This document shows positions 29,982 to 39,292 of a stretch of 44,514 nucleotides of DNA, in pieces (position 1 is the first letter of the stretch; every line of letters begins with the position of its first letter). The notes beneath the pieces were generated by a model, which saw nothing but the letters and a program-made list of their open reading frames with translations, had not been told where the DNA came from and ran no database searches. The DNA is from Hyphomicrobiales bacterium (GTDB lineage: Bacteria > Pseudomonadota > Alphaproteobacteria > Rhizobiales > JAKSCL01): NCBI GenBank assembly GCA_022360615.1, contig JAKSCL010000048.1, positions 1 to 44,514 on the forward strand, in the 5' to 3' direction. The position numbers and the translations under genes are program-made.

Positions 29982-30656
29982 TCAGTACCTGTCATCAATT
30001 TGGCGCGAGAGTATGGCAGAAAACTCATCGGCAAAGCCCTCAAGCCGCGTCGCATGACGGTTGGCCATATCGGAAAACTTGTTATAGGCAGCAACGGCTG
30101 GAATCGCGGCGACAAGGCCGAGCGCGGTCGCAAAAAGCGCCTCTGCGATCCCCGGTGCAACGACCGCGAGATTCGTATCCTGCGACACGGCAATCGCCTG
30201 AAATGCCGTCATGATCCCCCAGACCGTTCCAAACAGCCCGATAAAAGGCGATGTGGAGCCAACGGTCGCGAGAAACAAGAGTTGTTTTTCAAGCCGGTTG
30301 GTCTCGCGCGTGATCGCCACATCCATGACTTTCTCGATCCGCTGCTGCAGGCCGGTAAAACTTTTCACCTGCGATTCCTGCGTGCGTTTCCACTCCCGCA
30401 TGGCGGCGACAAAGACGGCGGCGAGGGAGTGATTCTGCTTGGCTGACAAGGAGCGGTAGAGTTCTTCGAGTGAATGTCCGGACCAGAAGATCTTCTCGAA
30501 TTCGTCGGCAGCCCGATTAGCGGAACGGAAAGACAGCCATTTGTCGACCATGATGGCCCAGCTCCACACCGAAGCGAAGATAAGCCCGACCATGACGGCC
30601 TGCACCACAATATGCGCCTGCAGAAACAGGCCAATGATAGTAAAATCACCTTCCAA
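29982..30656 (-). CDS. tolQ: TolQ (probable TTG start)
   Basis: SPFIGLFGTVWGIM, VAPGIAEALFATALGLVAAIPA. There is no ATG near the conserved N-terminus; an in-frame TTG at 30656 follows AGGAG/TAGG. Confidence 0.93.
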   Translation of the reverse strand: MEGDFTIIGLFLQAHIVVQAVMVGLIFASVWSWAIMVDKWLSFRSANRAADEFEKIFWSGHSLEELYRSLSAKQNHSLAAVFVAAMREWKRTQESQVKSFTGLQQRIEKVMDVAITRETNRLEKQLLFLATVGSTSPFIGLFGTVWGIMTAFQAIAVSQDTNLAVVAPGIAEALFATALGLVAAIPAVAAYNKFSDMANRHATRLEGFADEFSAILSRQIDDRY

Positions 30657-30857
30657 GGGTCGCCTAAGCTCCTGTTCGATGGCCGCAGCCGACCGGCAAG
30701 GAGAAACCCTTGCCCCGGCGAAACGCCGCGACCCCTTTTCGGCCACCAATGCGCCCGGGCCGAAGGGGCGCGACGACTGCCTCGCGAATGTGTTTAAACT
30801 TCGACGGCCATTCGGCCCCAAAATCCGTTATTTTAGCCCGGGGAACTAGCGCCGATT

Positions 30858-30876
30858 ATGGTTAAGGAAGGCTTGA
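30858..30876 (-). promoter_or_regulatory. Near-consensus CtrA box upstream of tolQ
   Basis: Minus strand TCAA-GCCTTCC-TTAACCAT. Confidence 0.6.
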
Positions 30877-30896
30877 ATGCGAAGACATGAGCGCCG

Positions 30897-31376
30897 TCAA
30901 GCGCTGTTCTCTTCCCGATAAAGAAAAGAGACAAAGACGTCCTGGACCGGTTTTGGAAAGCGGCGGGGCCTGCCTTCACGGCTAATGGGCACGACAAGCA
31001 CGTTCATCGAAAAAACGGTGGTTTCACCGCGTTCGATTTTCTGACGGGCAAGAAAAGAGGCACCCCGCATCTCGACAAGACGGGTTCTGACGATGAGGAG
31101 ATCGTCGATCATGGCCGGATGCATGAAATCTGCTTCGATGCGTTTCACCGCATAGGCATCCGGCCCGCCCTCGGTGGCGCGAAGGTCTTTGTGCTCGACG
31201 CCAATAAGACGCAGAAAATCCGAGCGGCCCCTTTCGCAGAACCGGATATAGCTTGCGTGATAGACGACGCCCGAATGATCCGTGTCTTCGTAATACACCC
31301 GCACCGGCATCACATGTTCGCGATTGACGATGCGGCCGGCCAAATCGGGCCAATGGTAATCCTGGTCCGGGTTCAT
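30897..31376 (-). CDS. ybgC: Tol-Pal-associated acyl-CoA thioesterase YbgC
   Basis: VRVYYEDTD.SGVVYHASY..F.ERGR; directly upstream of tolQ. Confidence 0.93.
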   Translation of the reverse strand: MNPDQDYHWPDLAGRIVNREHVMPVRVYYEDTDHSGVVYHASYIRFCERGRSDFLRLIGVEHKDLRATEGGPDAYAVKRIEADFMHPAMIDDLLIVRTRLVEMRGASFLARQKIERGETTVFSMNVLVVPISREGRPRRFPKPVQDVFVSFLYREENSA

Positions 31377-32293
31377 ACCAGCGGCTTCCCGAGTTCGACC
31401 ACGACAATTTCAGGTGGGCAGCCAAGCCGAAGAGGGAGGCCGGAGCAGCCAAGTCCACGCGATACAAGAAGATAGCGGCCTTCCTCAACAATATGCCCAT
31501 AAACGTAGCGCCGCCCGTAAACCGAGGGAACAACTGGAGCAAAACCGAAGAACCGAATCTGGCCACCATGCGTGTGTCCCGAAACGGTCAGCGAGACGCT
31601 GCTCGGCACCTGCGGAAAGATATCGGGTTCGTGCGCCATCAGGATAACCGGCTCGCTGTCAGCCGTGGGCGCAAGCGTTGCGGGAAGATCATCAAGTCCC
31701 ACCGGCTTTCGGCGGAAAAGGCCTCCCTGGGCCACAATTGCGTATTGATCTTCAAGACCGGCAATCCAAATCCGGAACCCATCTTTTTCGATTGGCGCAG
31801 CGCTGTTGCTGTGAACCAAAACACCTTCAGCCTCGAGATGTTGTCGCGCGTAAGGCATACTTGAAAACGTTTTATTCCCTCTCGCTTGCCAGCGCGCAAC
31901 GCGGTCGTTGTCCCAATCGTGGTTTCCAAGCACGGCGTGGACACCGAGAGGCGCTTTTAAAGCACCGAGCACTCGCGCCCATTCGTCAGGCGGCACCCGC
32001 GACGTAATGAAGGGCATAGCATGATCATAATCACCGACGAGAAGCATGGCGTCTGCATCTTGAGCATTGGCACAGCGCACAATTTCCGAAAGCCGGCGGG
32101 CGGACATCCACGGCTCGCACGCATGCGGATCGGTCAGAACAACAAGCCGCAAACGCAATCCATCCGGCCACCCTTCGGGCGTGAGTTGGTAGCGCGTCAT
32201 GACCGGTTCGCGCGCCGCCTCAAAGAGCGCGTAAACACCCAACAGCCCGCCGAGAACAACAAAACCGAAAAGAATGCCAATCCAGAGTGCCAT
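31373..32293 (-). CDS. Calcineurin-like metallophosphoesterase (YkuE/COG1408-like), membrane-anchored paralogue
   Basis: TDPH, GD, GNHD, AHEPD, GHTHGGQ motifs; hydrophobic N-terminus without twin Arg; ATGA overlap with ybgC. Confidence 0.9.
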   Translation of the reverse strand: MALWIGILFGFVVLGGLLGVYALFEAAREPVMTRYQLTPEGWPDGLRLRLVVLTDPHACEPWMSARRLSEIVRCANAQDADAMLLVGDYDHAMPFITSRVPPDEWARVLGALKAPLGVHAVLGNHDWDNDRVARWQARGNKTFSSMPYARQHLEAEGVLVHSNSAAPIEKDGFRIWIAGLEDQYAIVAQGGLFRRKPVGLDDLPATLAPTADSEPVILMAHEPDIFPQVPSSVSLTVSGHTHGGQIRFFGFAPVVPSVYGRRYVYGHIVEEGRYLLVSRGLGCSGLPLRLGCPPEIVVVELGKPLV

Positions 32294-32438
32294 GGTTATT
32301 CGAATGGATCCGGCGCTCAGGTTTTGGCCGTTCCGTTGCGGGAACCGGCATGGAGTTCAAGTTGCGTTGCGGGGCCGATCACACCCGTTCGGGTGCGCAG
32401 CGCCCCCATATCCGGCCAGCGATCATCCTTGTCTGAAC

Positions 32439-33353
32439 TCACCCCGGCGTCTCCCCTAGTTCAACAACGACAAGCTCGGGTGGAACGCCGAAACGGACCG
32501 GCAAAATGCTGCATCCGAGCCCGCCGGAGACGATCATATGACGGTTTTCCTCGACGATATGCCCGTAAGCGAAGCGATTGCCGAAAGCTGACGGCACGAT
32601 TGGAGAATAGCCGAGCAAACGTACCTGCCCGCCATGGGTATGTCCGCACAAGGTCAGCGCAACGCGTTCAGGGACTTCCGGAAAAATGTCCGGCTCATGG
32701 GCAAGCAGGATGACCGGGGCATCGTCCGTGACCTTGGCGAGCGTGCCCGGCAGATCATCAACGCCAGGCCGCTTTGAGTAACCCCAATTAAAAGCCGGGA
32801 TAAAGGCAAGCTGACTTCCGATACCGGCGAGCCAAAAGGGCCGGTTGTCCTTTTCGAGCCGGATCACGTCATTCTCGTAAAACGGAATCCCGACACGCTC
32901 GAGCGCGCGGTGAACGAAGGTCGGGCCACGCAGTTCTGCCATGGCGGTTTTGTCGTCCCACCAATCGTGATTGCCAAGAACCGCATGGACGCCAAGCGGC
33001 GCGCGCAATTCCGACAATACCTCCACCCAGACCTCGGCGGCCACCGCTCCCCACGCGAAACGGTGCCCGCCAACAAAATCCCCCAAAAGCACTGTGATGT
33101 CGGGCTGCAGCGCGTTCGCGGAGGCGACCACCCCGGCGATCCGCTCCGCAGACATCCAAGGCTCGCAGGCATGAATGTCCGTCAAGACCACAATACGAAG
33201 CGGAAACGATTCCGGCCAATTATCAGGCATCACACGGTAGCGAACCACTCTCGGCTGCTGCATCGGCCCATAACCAAAGGCGTAACCGCCAAAACCGGCC
33301 GCCCCCACGATTGCGCCGCCGGTAAGCGTCAAAAACTGCCGCCGCGTGATCAT
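32439..33353 (-). CDS. Calcineurin-like metallophosphoesterase (YkuE/COG1408-like), Tat-signal paralogue
   Basis: Start MITRRQFL after GGAGG; TDIH, GDF, GNHD, AHEPD, GHTHGGQ motifs. Confidence 0.92.
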   Translation of the reverse strand: MITRRQFLTLTGGAIVGAAGFGGYAFGYGPMQQPRVVRYRVMPDNWPESFPLRIVVLTDIHACEPWMSAERIAGVVASANALQPDITVLLGDFVGGHRFAWGAVAAEVWVEVLSELRAPLGVHAVLGNHDWWDDKTAMAELRGPTFVHRALERVGIPFYENDVIRLEKDNRPFWLAGIGSQLAFIPAFNWGYSKRPGVDDLPGTLAKVTDDAPVILLAHEPDIFPEVPERVALTLCGHTHGGQVRLLGYSPIVPSAFGNRFAYGHIVEENRHMIVSGGLGCSILPVRFGVPPELVVVELGETPG

Positions 33354-33399
33354 GAGCGTCCTCCAGCATTCAAAAGACAGTTGGGAAAAAGGTGAAACC

Positions 33400-34443
33400 T
33401 CACAGGGGCGGTTCGTCCGGATCGTTGAAAAGACCGATCTGATTGTCCGCGCGGGACGGCATCGCGAGCCCCAAATGCCTGAACGAAAGGTCGGTAAGAA
33501 GACGCCCGCGCGGGGTGCGCTGCACGAAGCCCTGCTGGATGAGATAGGGCTCGACGATTTCCTCGATCGCGTCACGCGGTTCGGAGAGGGCAGCGGCAAT
33601 CGTCTCGATCCCCACCGGACCGCCACCGAACTTCAAGGCGATTGTCGAGAGATAGCGGTGGTCGAGCGAATCGAGGCCGAGCGAATCGACTTCCAGCTTC
33701 CGAAGCGCGCTGTCGGCCGTCGGTTTATCGATGGTTTCGGCCCTATCGACGATGGCGAAATCGCTGACCCGGCGCAGCAGGCGGCCGGCAATGCGCGGCG
33801 TGCCGCGCGAGCGCATGGCGATTTCGCGCGCGCCGTCCGCCGTCATCGGAATACCGAGAACGCGCGCTCCGCGCCGTACAATCGTCTCCAACTCCTCGAC
33901 CGTGTAGAAATTCAACCGCACCGGAATGCCGAAACGGTCCCGCAACGGCGTGGTCAACAAGCCGGAGCGGGTCGTCGCGCCGACCAGCGTGAATTTCGCC
34001 AGATCGATCCTCACGGAGCGTGCCGCCGGACCTTCGCCGATGATGAGATCGAGCTGGAAGTCCTCCATAGCCGGATAGAGGATTTCTTCGACCGCCGGGT
34101 TCAGCCGGTGGATTTCATCGATGAAGAGCACATCGCGCTCTTCGAGATTGGTGAGAAGCGCCGCCAAGTCACCGGCCTTGGCGATAACGGGCCCCGATGT
34201 GGCCCGGAAGCTGACGCCCAATTCGCGCGACACGATCTGGGCAAGCGTTGTCTTGCCGAGGCCCGGCGGGCCGACAAAGAGCACGTGGTCGAGCGCCTCG
34301 CCCCGCGCCTTCGCCGCTTCGATGAAGACCTTGAGATTCGCGCGCGCCTGTTCCTGTCCGATGAAATCGGCAAGCACCTGCGGGCGTAGCGAGGCATCGT
34401 CCTCAAGACGCTGTTCGGGGGAAATCAGACGCGATTCAGACAT
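33400..34443 (-). CDS. ruvB: Holliday junction branch migration helicase RuvB
   Basis: [42 protein letters not shown]; start at MSESRL. Confidence 0.98.
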   Translation of the reverse strand: MSESRLISPEQRLEDDASLRPQVLADFIGQEQARANLKVFIEAAKARGEALDHVLFVGPPGLGKTTLAQIVSRELGVSFRATSGPVIAKAGDLAALLTNLEERDVLFIDEIHRLNPAVEEILYPAMEDFQLDLIIGEGPAARSVRIDLAKFTLVGATTRSGLLTTPLRDRFGIPVRLNFYTVEELETIVRRGARVLGIPMTADGAREIAMRSRGTPRIAGRLLRRVSDFAIVDRAETIDKPTADSALRKLEVDSLGLDSLDHRYLSTIALKFGGGPVGIETIAAALSEPRDAIEEIVEPYLIQQGFVQRTPRGRLLTDLSFRHLGLAMPSRADNQIGLFNDPDEPPL

Positions 34444-34586
34444 CGACGACAAAGAGCGCGAATTTACTGCACAACGCAAGGCCGGAAGAAACATCCCCAT
34501 CAACGCCTGCCATGGCCGGTCTCCGCGAACACACGCTTAATCACGTCACGAGTGGAACACCCGGTCAGGGGATCGATTGGACGCGC

Positions 34587-35057
34587 TTACGCCGCTTGCG
34601 CGCCAATCACATGGAAGCGTTTCAAAAGCCAGTGGGCGAGGAACGCGGTGAAAAGCGAAATGACGGTGGTCAGCATCGTCATGCGGAAGGCGTCCGCCAC
34701 CGCGCCTTCATAATAAAGGCCCATGATGACCGCGAAGGGGAATTGCGCGAGAAGCGCCACCTTGAGCGCGAAGCCCCGCTCGAATGTCCCCGTTCTCCAA
34801 ACGCGGATGGCGCAGGGCAGCCCGCATACAAGCGCAAGCACAGTTCCCAGCATCGCCGCGACCATGAGAACCACGCGCAGCATCTTCAATGCATCGGCAA
34901 CCCCGATCCCCGCATCCGGATCGCTGAAAAAGGCCGGCAGCCACGACACGATATAGAACGCATAGAAGACGAGCCCGCCGAGCACCGGCCCTGCAAAGCC
35001 AATGGTCAAGACAACGAGAATTGCGCTTTTCAAATTGCCTTTTGCGTTCCCGCTCAC
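34587..35057 (-). CDS. Hypothetical four-TM membrane protein between ruvA and ruvB
   Basis: 156 aa with four hydrophobic stretches; GTG start overlaps the ruvA TGA (GTGA) with an upstream AAGGAG. Confidence 0.7.
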   Translation of the reverse strand: MSGNAKGNLKSAILVVLTIGFAGPVLGGLVFYAFYIVSWLPAFFSDPDAGIGVADALKMLRVVLMVAAMLGTVLALVCGLPCAIRVWRTGTFERGFALKVALLAQFPFAVIMGLYYEGAVADAFRMTMLTTVISLFTAFLAHWLLKRFHVIGAQAA

Positions 35058-35671
35058 CCGGCCAGCTCCTTCAGCCCGAGTCTTATGAGCTTTGCCGTAT
35101 CGGCCTCATCCCCGGCAGCCCGCATGGCCGACGACACGGCGGCGGAGGCCTGCGCCTGGCCATAGCCGAGATTGACGAGCGCCGAGACGGCATCGGCAAT
35201 GGGGCCCGGCGCGCGTTTCTCGCCGAGATCGGCCTGCAGCGCGGCCAGTTCCGGGTCGCCCGTCGTGAGCGCCGGCGCCTTGTCCTTCAATTCGGAGACG
35301 ATGCGCTGCGCCACTTTCGGGCCGACGCCCGGCGCACGCGCGACCTGCGCTTTGTCCTGAAGCGCGATCGCACTTGAAAGATCTGCCGGAGAAAGGGTCG
35401 AGAGGATGGCAAGCGCCACCTTGGTGCCGACCCCTTGCACGGTCATCAACGCCCGGAACCAATCACGCTCCAGATCGCTACCGAAACCGAACAGCCGGAT
35501 CATGTCCTCGCGTACATAGGTCTCGATGGCGATTTCGGCGGCCTCGCCTTTTCGCGGAAGAGCCGAGAGCGTCCGCGTCGAGCAGTGGACGATATAGCCC
35601 ACGCCCTGTACTTCGATGATCGCGAAATCATCGCCATAGGAGTCGATGAGGCCTTTTAGCTTGCCAATCAT
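35054..35671 (-). CDS. ruvA: Holliday junction DNA-binding protein RuvA
   Basis: [44 protein letters not shown]. Confidence 0.97.
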   Translation of the reverse strand: MIGKLKGLIDSYGDDFAIIEVQGVGYIVHCSTRTLSALPRKGEAAEIAIETYVREDMIRLFGFGSDLERDWFRALMTVQGVGTKVALAILSTLSPADLSSAIALQDKAQVARAPGVGPKVAQRIVSELKDKAPALTTGDPELAALQADLGEKRAPGPIADAVSALVNLGYGQAQASAAVSSAMRAAGDEADTAKLIRLGLKELAG

Positions 35672-35678
35672 TAGGGCT

Positions 35679-36185
35679 TCATCCCGCAACCGCGCGCTTT
35701 GCCGGCGCGCCCCTGTGATGGGCGTGGCAAATCGCGAGCGCCAGAGCATCTGCGGCATCCGTTGTCCCGGGCCGTGCTTTCGGCAGGAGGATGCGGACCA
35801 TGTGATGAATTTGCGCCTTGTCCGCATGCCCAGCGCCGACAATCGCCTTTTTCACAGCATTCGGCGCATATTCGGCAACGGGCAAGCCAGCCTGCGCGGG
35901 CGCCAGCATGACGACGCCCCGCGCCTGCCCGAGCTTCAGCGTTGCCCGCGCATCCTTGTTGACGAAAGTTTCCTCGACAACGGCCTCATGCGGCGCAAAA
36001 TCGGCGATGATCTTGGCAATCCCTTCATGGATGGCGCGCAGGCGCTCCGACAGCGGCGCATCGGCATTTGAGGTCACAGCGCCGCAACCGCAATGGCTGA
36101 GCGCGGTTCCTGTAATCTCCACAACGCCCCATCCCGTGCGCCTTAGGCCGGGGTCGATGCCGATGATCCGAATCGTATGCGTCAT
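35679..36185 (-). CDS. ruvC: Holliday junction resolvase RuvC
   Basis: [37 protein letters not shown]. Confidence 0.97.
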   Translation of the reverse strand: MTHTIRIIGIDPGLRRTGWGVVEITGTALSHCGCGAVTSNADAPLSERLRAIHEGIAKIIADFAPHEAVVEETFVNKDARATLKLGQARGVVMLAPAQAGLPVAEYAPNAVKKAIVGAGHADKAQIHHMVRILLPKARPGTTDAADALALAICHAHHRGAPAKRAVAG

Positions 36186-36230
36186 GGGTTGAGTTTATGC
36201 TGCGGACCAATGGCGCGCATCACCCGCGAG

Positions 36231-36259
36231 AAAAAGGCCTCCGGCAAGGCCGGAGGCCT
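36231..36259 (-). terminator. Intrinsic terminator after the cbiM-like gene
   Basis: AGGCCTCCGGC-N3-GCCGGAGGCCT with a T-run on the minus strand. Confidence 0.85.
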
Positions 36260-36282
36260 AACCCCTCCAGTCGAATGCGTGC

Positions 36283-36966
36283 TCAGTGAGCCGGACGATA
36301 GAGCCGCCCGTGGAACAGCTTCGAATGCCGGAAATGGTCGAGCGCCTTCGCACCCGCCAGCACGGCGAGATCGAGGACCGGTTCGAACACGATGACGATC
36401 AGGTAGGCAAAGCCGAACGACGCGACATTCGAGAGATTCTCTGTACCGAAGCCTTGACCGTAAAAGGCCCAGAAGGCCACCCAGGCAATGATGCCGCCTT
36501 GATAGGACGCAGAAAGCGCCAGCGCCTGGAGGTATGTCACGTCCTTATAGGCCGTGTGAGCCGGGATAATCCGCTTGGCCAGAAGGTGAATGGCGAAAAG
36601 CGGTACCAAAAGCGTCGTGATGTTCACCGCATACATGGGGAGATCGGACGGCGCGAAAAACACGCCCTGCGCCAGAAGTCCAAGCGCCAGCCCGATGGCG
36701 GCCGCGCCCCCACCGAAAAGCAGGAGAAGCGTGGTTCCCAAAATGAAATGCACTTCCGAGACACCGACCGGGAAGTGCGGCAAAACCTCGAAAAAGCAAA
36801 AGACCAGCACCGTCGTCATGAGGGAGCGGATGGCGAGCGGAAAAAGACCGCCGTCGTGCCTGATGTCATCATAAACAAGCTTTGCGCCAAGCCCGAAAGC
36901 CGTGGCGGCGGTGGCGTAGCTGAGCACCATTTTGGCGCCGTCGACGACGCCCGGTTCGATATGCAT
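36283..36966 (-). CDS. Stand-alone CbiM-like cobalt transporter (ECF S-component family)
   Basis: N-terminal MHI metal-binding start, GVSEVHFILG, 6-7 TM segments; AAGGA SD; downstream of a cobalamin riboswitch. Confidence 0.85.
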   Translation of the reverse strand: MHIEPGVVDGAKMVLSYATAATAFGLGAKLVYDDIRHDGGLFPLAIRSLMTTVLVFCFFEVLPHFPVGVSEVHFILGTTLLLLFGGGAAAIGLALGLLAQGVFFAPSDLPMYAVNITTLLVPLFAIHLLAKRIIPAHTAYKDVTYLQALALSASYQGGIIAWVAFWAFYGQGFGTENLSNVASFGFAYLIVIVFEPVLDLAVLAGAKALDHFRHSKLFHGRLYRPAH

Positions 36967-37040
36967 GGATTTGTCCTTTCTTCGCGCCCTTCGCGCGAGT
37001 TGCGGCGCCACGCGGACGCGCGGCACTGGACCAGTCACAT

Positions 37041-37260
37041 TTCGGGCAGGTCTCCTGACTCGCGCTTCAACACCATCTTCCGCCTTCCCAGGATTCACCC
37101 AGTGGCATGATAGAAGCGGCTCGGCGCTCACAGTTGCGAGGGCAGTCACGGATCAGGACCCTCTTTTGGTCATCCCTACCGTGTTCCCTTTGGGCAATGT
37201 CGCCACAAGAACGTGTCACCACAGCCCAATCCGGCGGGCTTCGCCCGCCCGGAACCCGAA
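37041..37260 (-). ncRNA. Cobalamin (B12) riboswitch
   Basis: Minus strand shows AAAGGGAACACGGT, CCGTGACTGCCCTCGCAACTGTGA, GCCACTG...GGGAAGG and the B12 box AGTCAGGAGACCTGCC; P1 is TTCGGGT/GCCCGAA. Confidence 0.95.
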
Positions 37261-37444
37261 GCCGGAACTATACGAAGCAAGCGTTTCCCCACCAAACGGA
37301 AAAACGTCTATGAAATCCCGCCTTTGGGGCGGTTGGCGGAAACATCCTTTTCAAGTGTGGTGAAACCGGCCAGCCCCCTCACGGCAGCACGGCCGCCATG
37401 ACGGTCGCGGCTATGGACAAGCCTGCAGCGCTGCGGCCAAATGA

Positions 37445-38272
37445 TTGCCTGCCCCTTTACCAATACGAGCACGGCTCGGTTTGGCTGCGCTCATGGACCC
37501 ACTTCAAGCAATCGCGGCGATTATTCTGGCCTTACCGGCAAGCCCGGTGTTCTGGGGCTTGAGCGCAAGCGCTGTCTTCGCCGGTTTGATACGTGGCTTT
37601 TCGGGCTTCGGTACAGCGCTTGCCTTCATGCCGGGCGCCGGCGCGCTGGTGACGCCGGCCGTTGCGCTTCCCGTGATGATCATCATCGACACTGTTCCGA
37701 TTCTGCCTTTCCTGCCCCGCGCCATTCGCCATTGCAACAAGCGGGATGTGGCGCTGCTGGTTGCCGGTTGCGCGGTCACCGTTCCAATAGGGGTATGGCT
37801 GTTGCTGGTGCTCGACCCGGTGATTATGCGCTGGGCCATCGTCACGATCATCCTCGTGCTGGTTGCCGCCCTCGCCTTCAACCTGCGCTACCGGGGGCAG
37901 CCGACAACGGTGCTCACCTTCGCCACGGGACTTGTTTCGGGTATTTTCGGGGGCATGGCCGGCCTTTCGGGACCGCCCGTTATCATCATGTGGCTCGCCG
38001 GACAGAACAACGCGGAGCGCGTCCGCGCCAACACCATGGTGTTCCTGGCTTCGCTTACGGTGATTACCGGCACCACGCTTTTCTTGAACGGTTTGTTCAC
38101 GTTGCGGGCAGTCGCCTATGGAATCGCCTTGATGCCGTTTTACGGGCTCGGGCTTTTTCTGGGCGCCCGGTTGTTTCCGCTGGCAAGCGAACGCACCTTC
38201 AGGAGGGTCGCCTTTGCACTGATTGCGCTCGGCGCCATCATCACCATGCCGGTGTTCGACAATGTCTTCTGA
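37445..38272 (+). CDS. TauE/SafE (TSUP) family exporter
   Basis: AGLIRGFSGFG and GLVSGIFGGMAGLSGPP repeat motifs; about 8 TM. The start may be ATG 37493. Confidence 0.88.
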   Translation: MPAPLPIRARLGLAALMDPLQAIAAIILALPASPVFWGLSASAVFAGLIRGFSGFGTALAFMPGAGALVTPAVALPVMIIIDTVPILPFLPRAIRHCNKRDVALLVAGCAVTVPIGVWLLLVLDPVIMRWAIVTIILVLVAALAFNLRYRGQPTTVLTFATGLVSGIFGGMAGLSGPPVIIMWLAGQNNAERVRANTMVFLASLTVITGTTLFLNGLFTLRAVAYGIALMPFYGLGLFLGARLFPLASERTFRRVAFALIALGAIITMPVFDNVF

Positions 38273-38284
38273 ACAACGCGGTCT

Positions 38285-39034
38285 TCAAGCGGCCGAAAGC
38301 CGTTCCATGACCTGATCGTCGATTTCGAAATTGGCGTAGACGTTCTGAATATCGTCGTCGTCTTCGAGCGCATCGATGAGTTTCATCAATGTGCCTGCCT
38401 TCTCCTCATCGACCGGTGTCGAGGTCTGCGGCCGCCAGACCGGATTGACGGATGCCGCCTCGCCGAGGGCGCTTTCCAGCGCCTTCGACACCTCGCCCAG
38501 ATCCTCAAAAGCGCAGATGATCGTGTGGCCTTCTTCGTCGCTCTGAACATCATCCGCGCCCGCCTCGATTGCCGCTTCAAGCACAGTCTCGGGATCGCCC
38601 GCGCCCGCAGAATACTGGATTTCCCCGACCCGATCGAACATGAAGGCAACCGAACCCGTTTCACCTAGCGACCCGCCGTTTTTCGAAAACGTTGCCCGCA
38701 CTGTGCTGGCTGTACGGTTGCGGTTGTCAGTCAGCGCTTCGACGATGACCGCCACGCCGCCTGGCCCGTAACCTTCGTAGCGGATCTCCTCGTAATTCTC
38801 GGTGTCGGAGCTATCCGCCTTCTTGATTGCGCGCTCGATATTGTCCTTCGGCATCGACTGCGCGCGGGCATTCTGGACGGCGAGGCGCAGCCTTGGATTG
38901 CCGTCCGGATCGGCTCCGCCGACCTTCGCGGCTACGGTGATCTCTTTTGAAAGTTTGGAGAAGAGCTTAGAGCGCTTTTTGTCCTGAGCTCCCTTGCGGT
39001 GCATGATGTTCTTGAATTTCGAATGTCCTGCCAT
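38285..39034 (-). CDS. yebC: YebC/PmpR family protein
   Basis: [48 protein letters not shown]. Confidence 0.96.
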   Translation of the reverse strand: MAGHSKFKNIMHRKGAQDKKRSKLFSKLSKEITVAAKVGGADPDGNPRLRLAVQNARAQSMPKDNIERAIKKADSSDTENYEEIRYEGYGPGGVAVIVEALTDNRNRTASTVRATFSKNGGSLGETGSVAFMFDRVGEIQYSAGAGDPETVLEAAIEAGADDVQSDEEGHTIICAFEDLGEVSKALESALGEAASVNPVWRPQTSTPVDEEKAGTLMKLIDALEDDDDIQNVYANFEIDDQVMERLSAA

Positions 39035-39197
39035 CTCCATTCCTTCCCGTGCGCCGGCAGCGCGCACGCAATGCGCCATGTCGCCAATGAATCCTACGAT
39101 CCGCTTATAGGACGAGGACAGAAGGAAATCCAATGGGACAGGTTTGGATGTGGTAGGTCCGCATGCCCTACGTATTAAACCGTATCCAGCCTCAATA

Positions 39198-39212
39198 TTA
39201 GGGAACGCTTAA
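39198..39212 (+). promoter_or_regulatory. Possible CtrA box upstream of the chemoreceptor
   Basis: TTAG-GGAACGC-TTAA, one mismatch to TTAA-N7-TTAA. Confidence 0.4.
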
Positions 39213-39292
39213 TGCGCTCAACGCAGATTGGTTGCATAGAAAACAAAATACACGGAATAATTGCATTCATTCCTACAGATGCGGAACACCCC

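Noticed and set aside
32294-32438. Gap between the two metallophosphoesterases as a possible sRNA or repeat copy
   Set aside because: Only a short hairpin (CACCCG-TT-CGGGTG) and a GGGAACCGG fragment; not enough to support a call.
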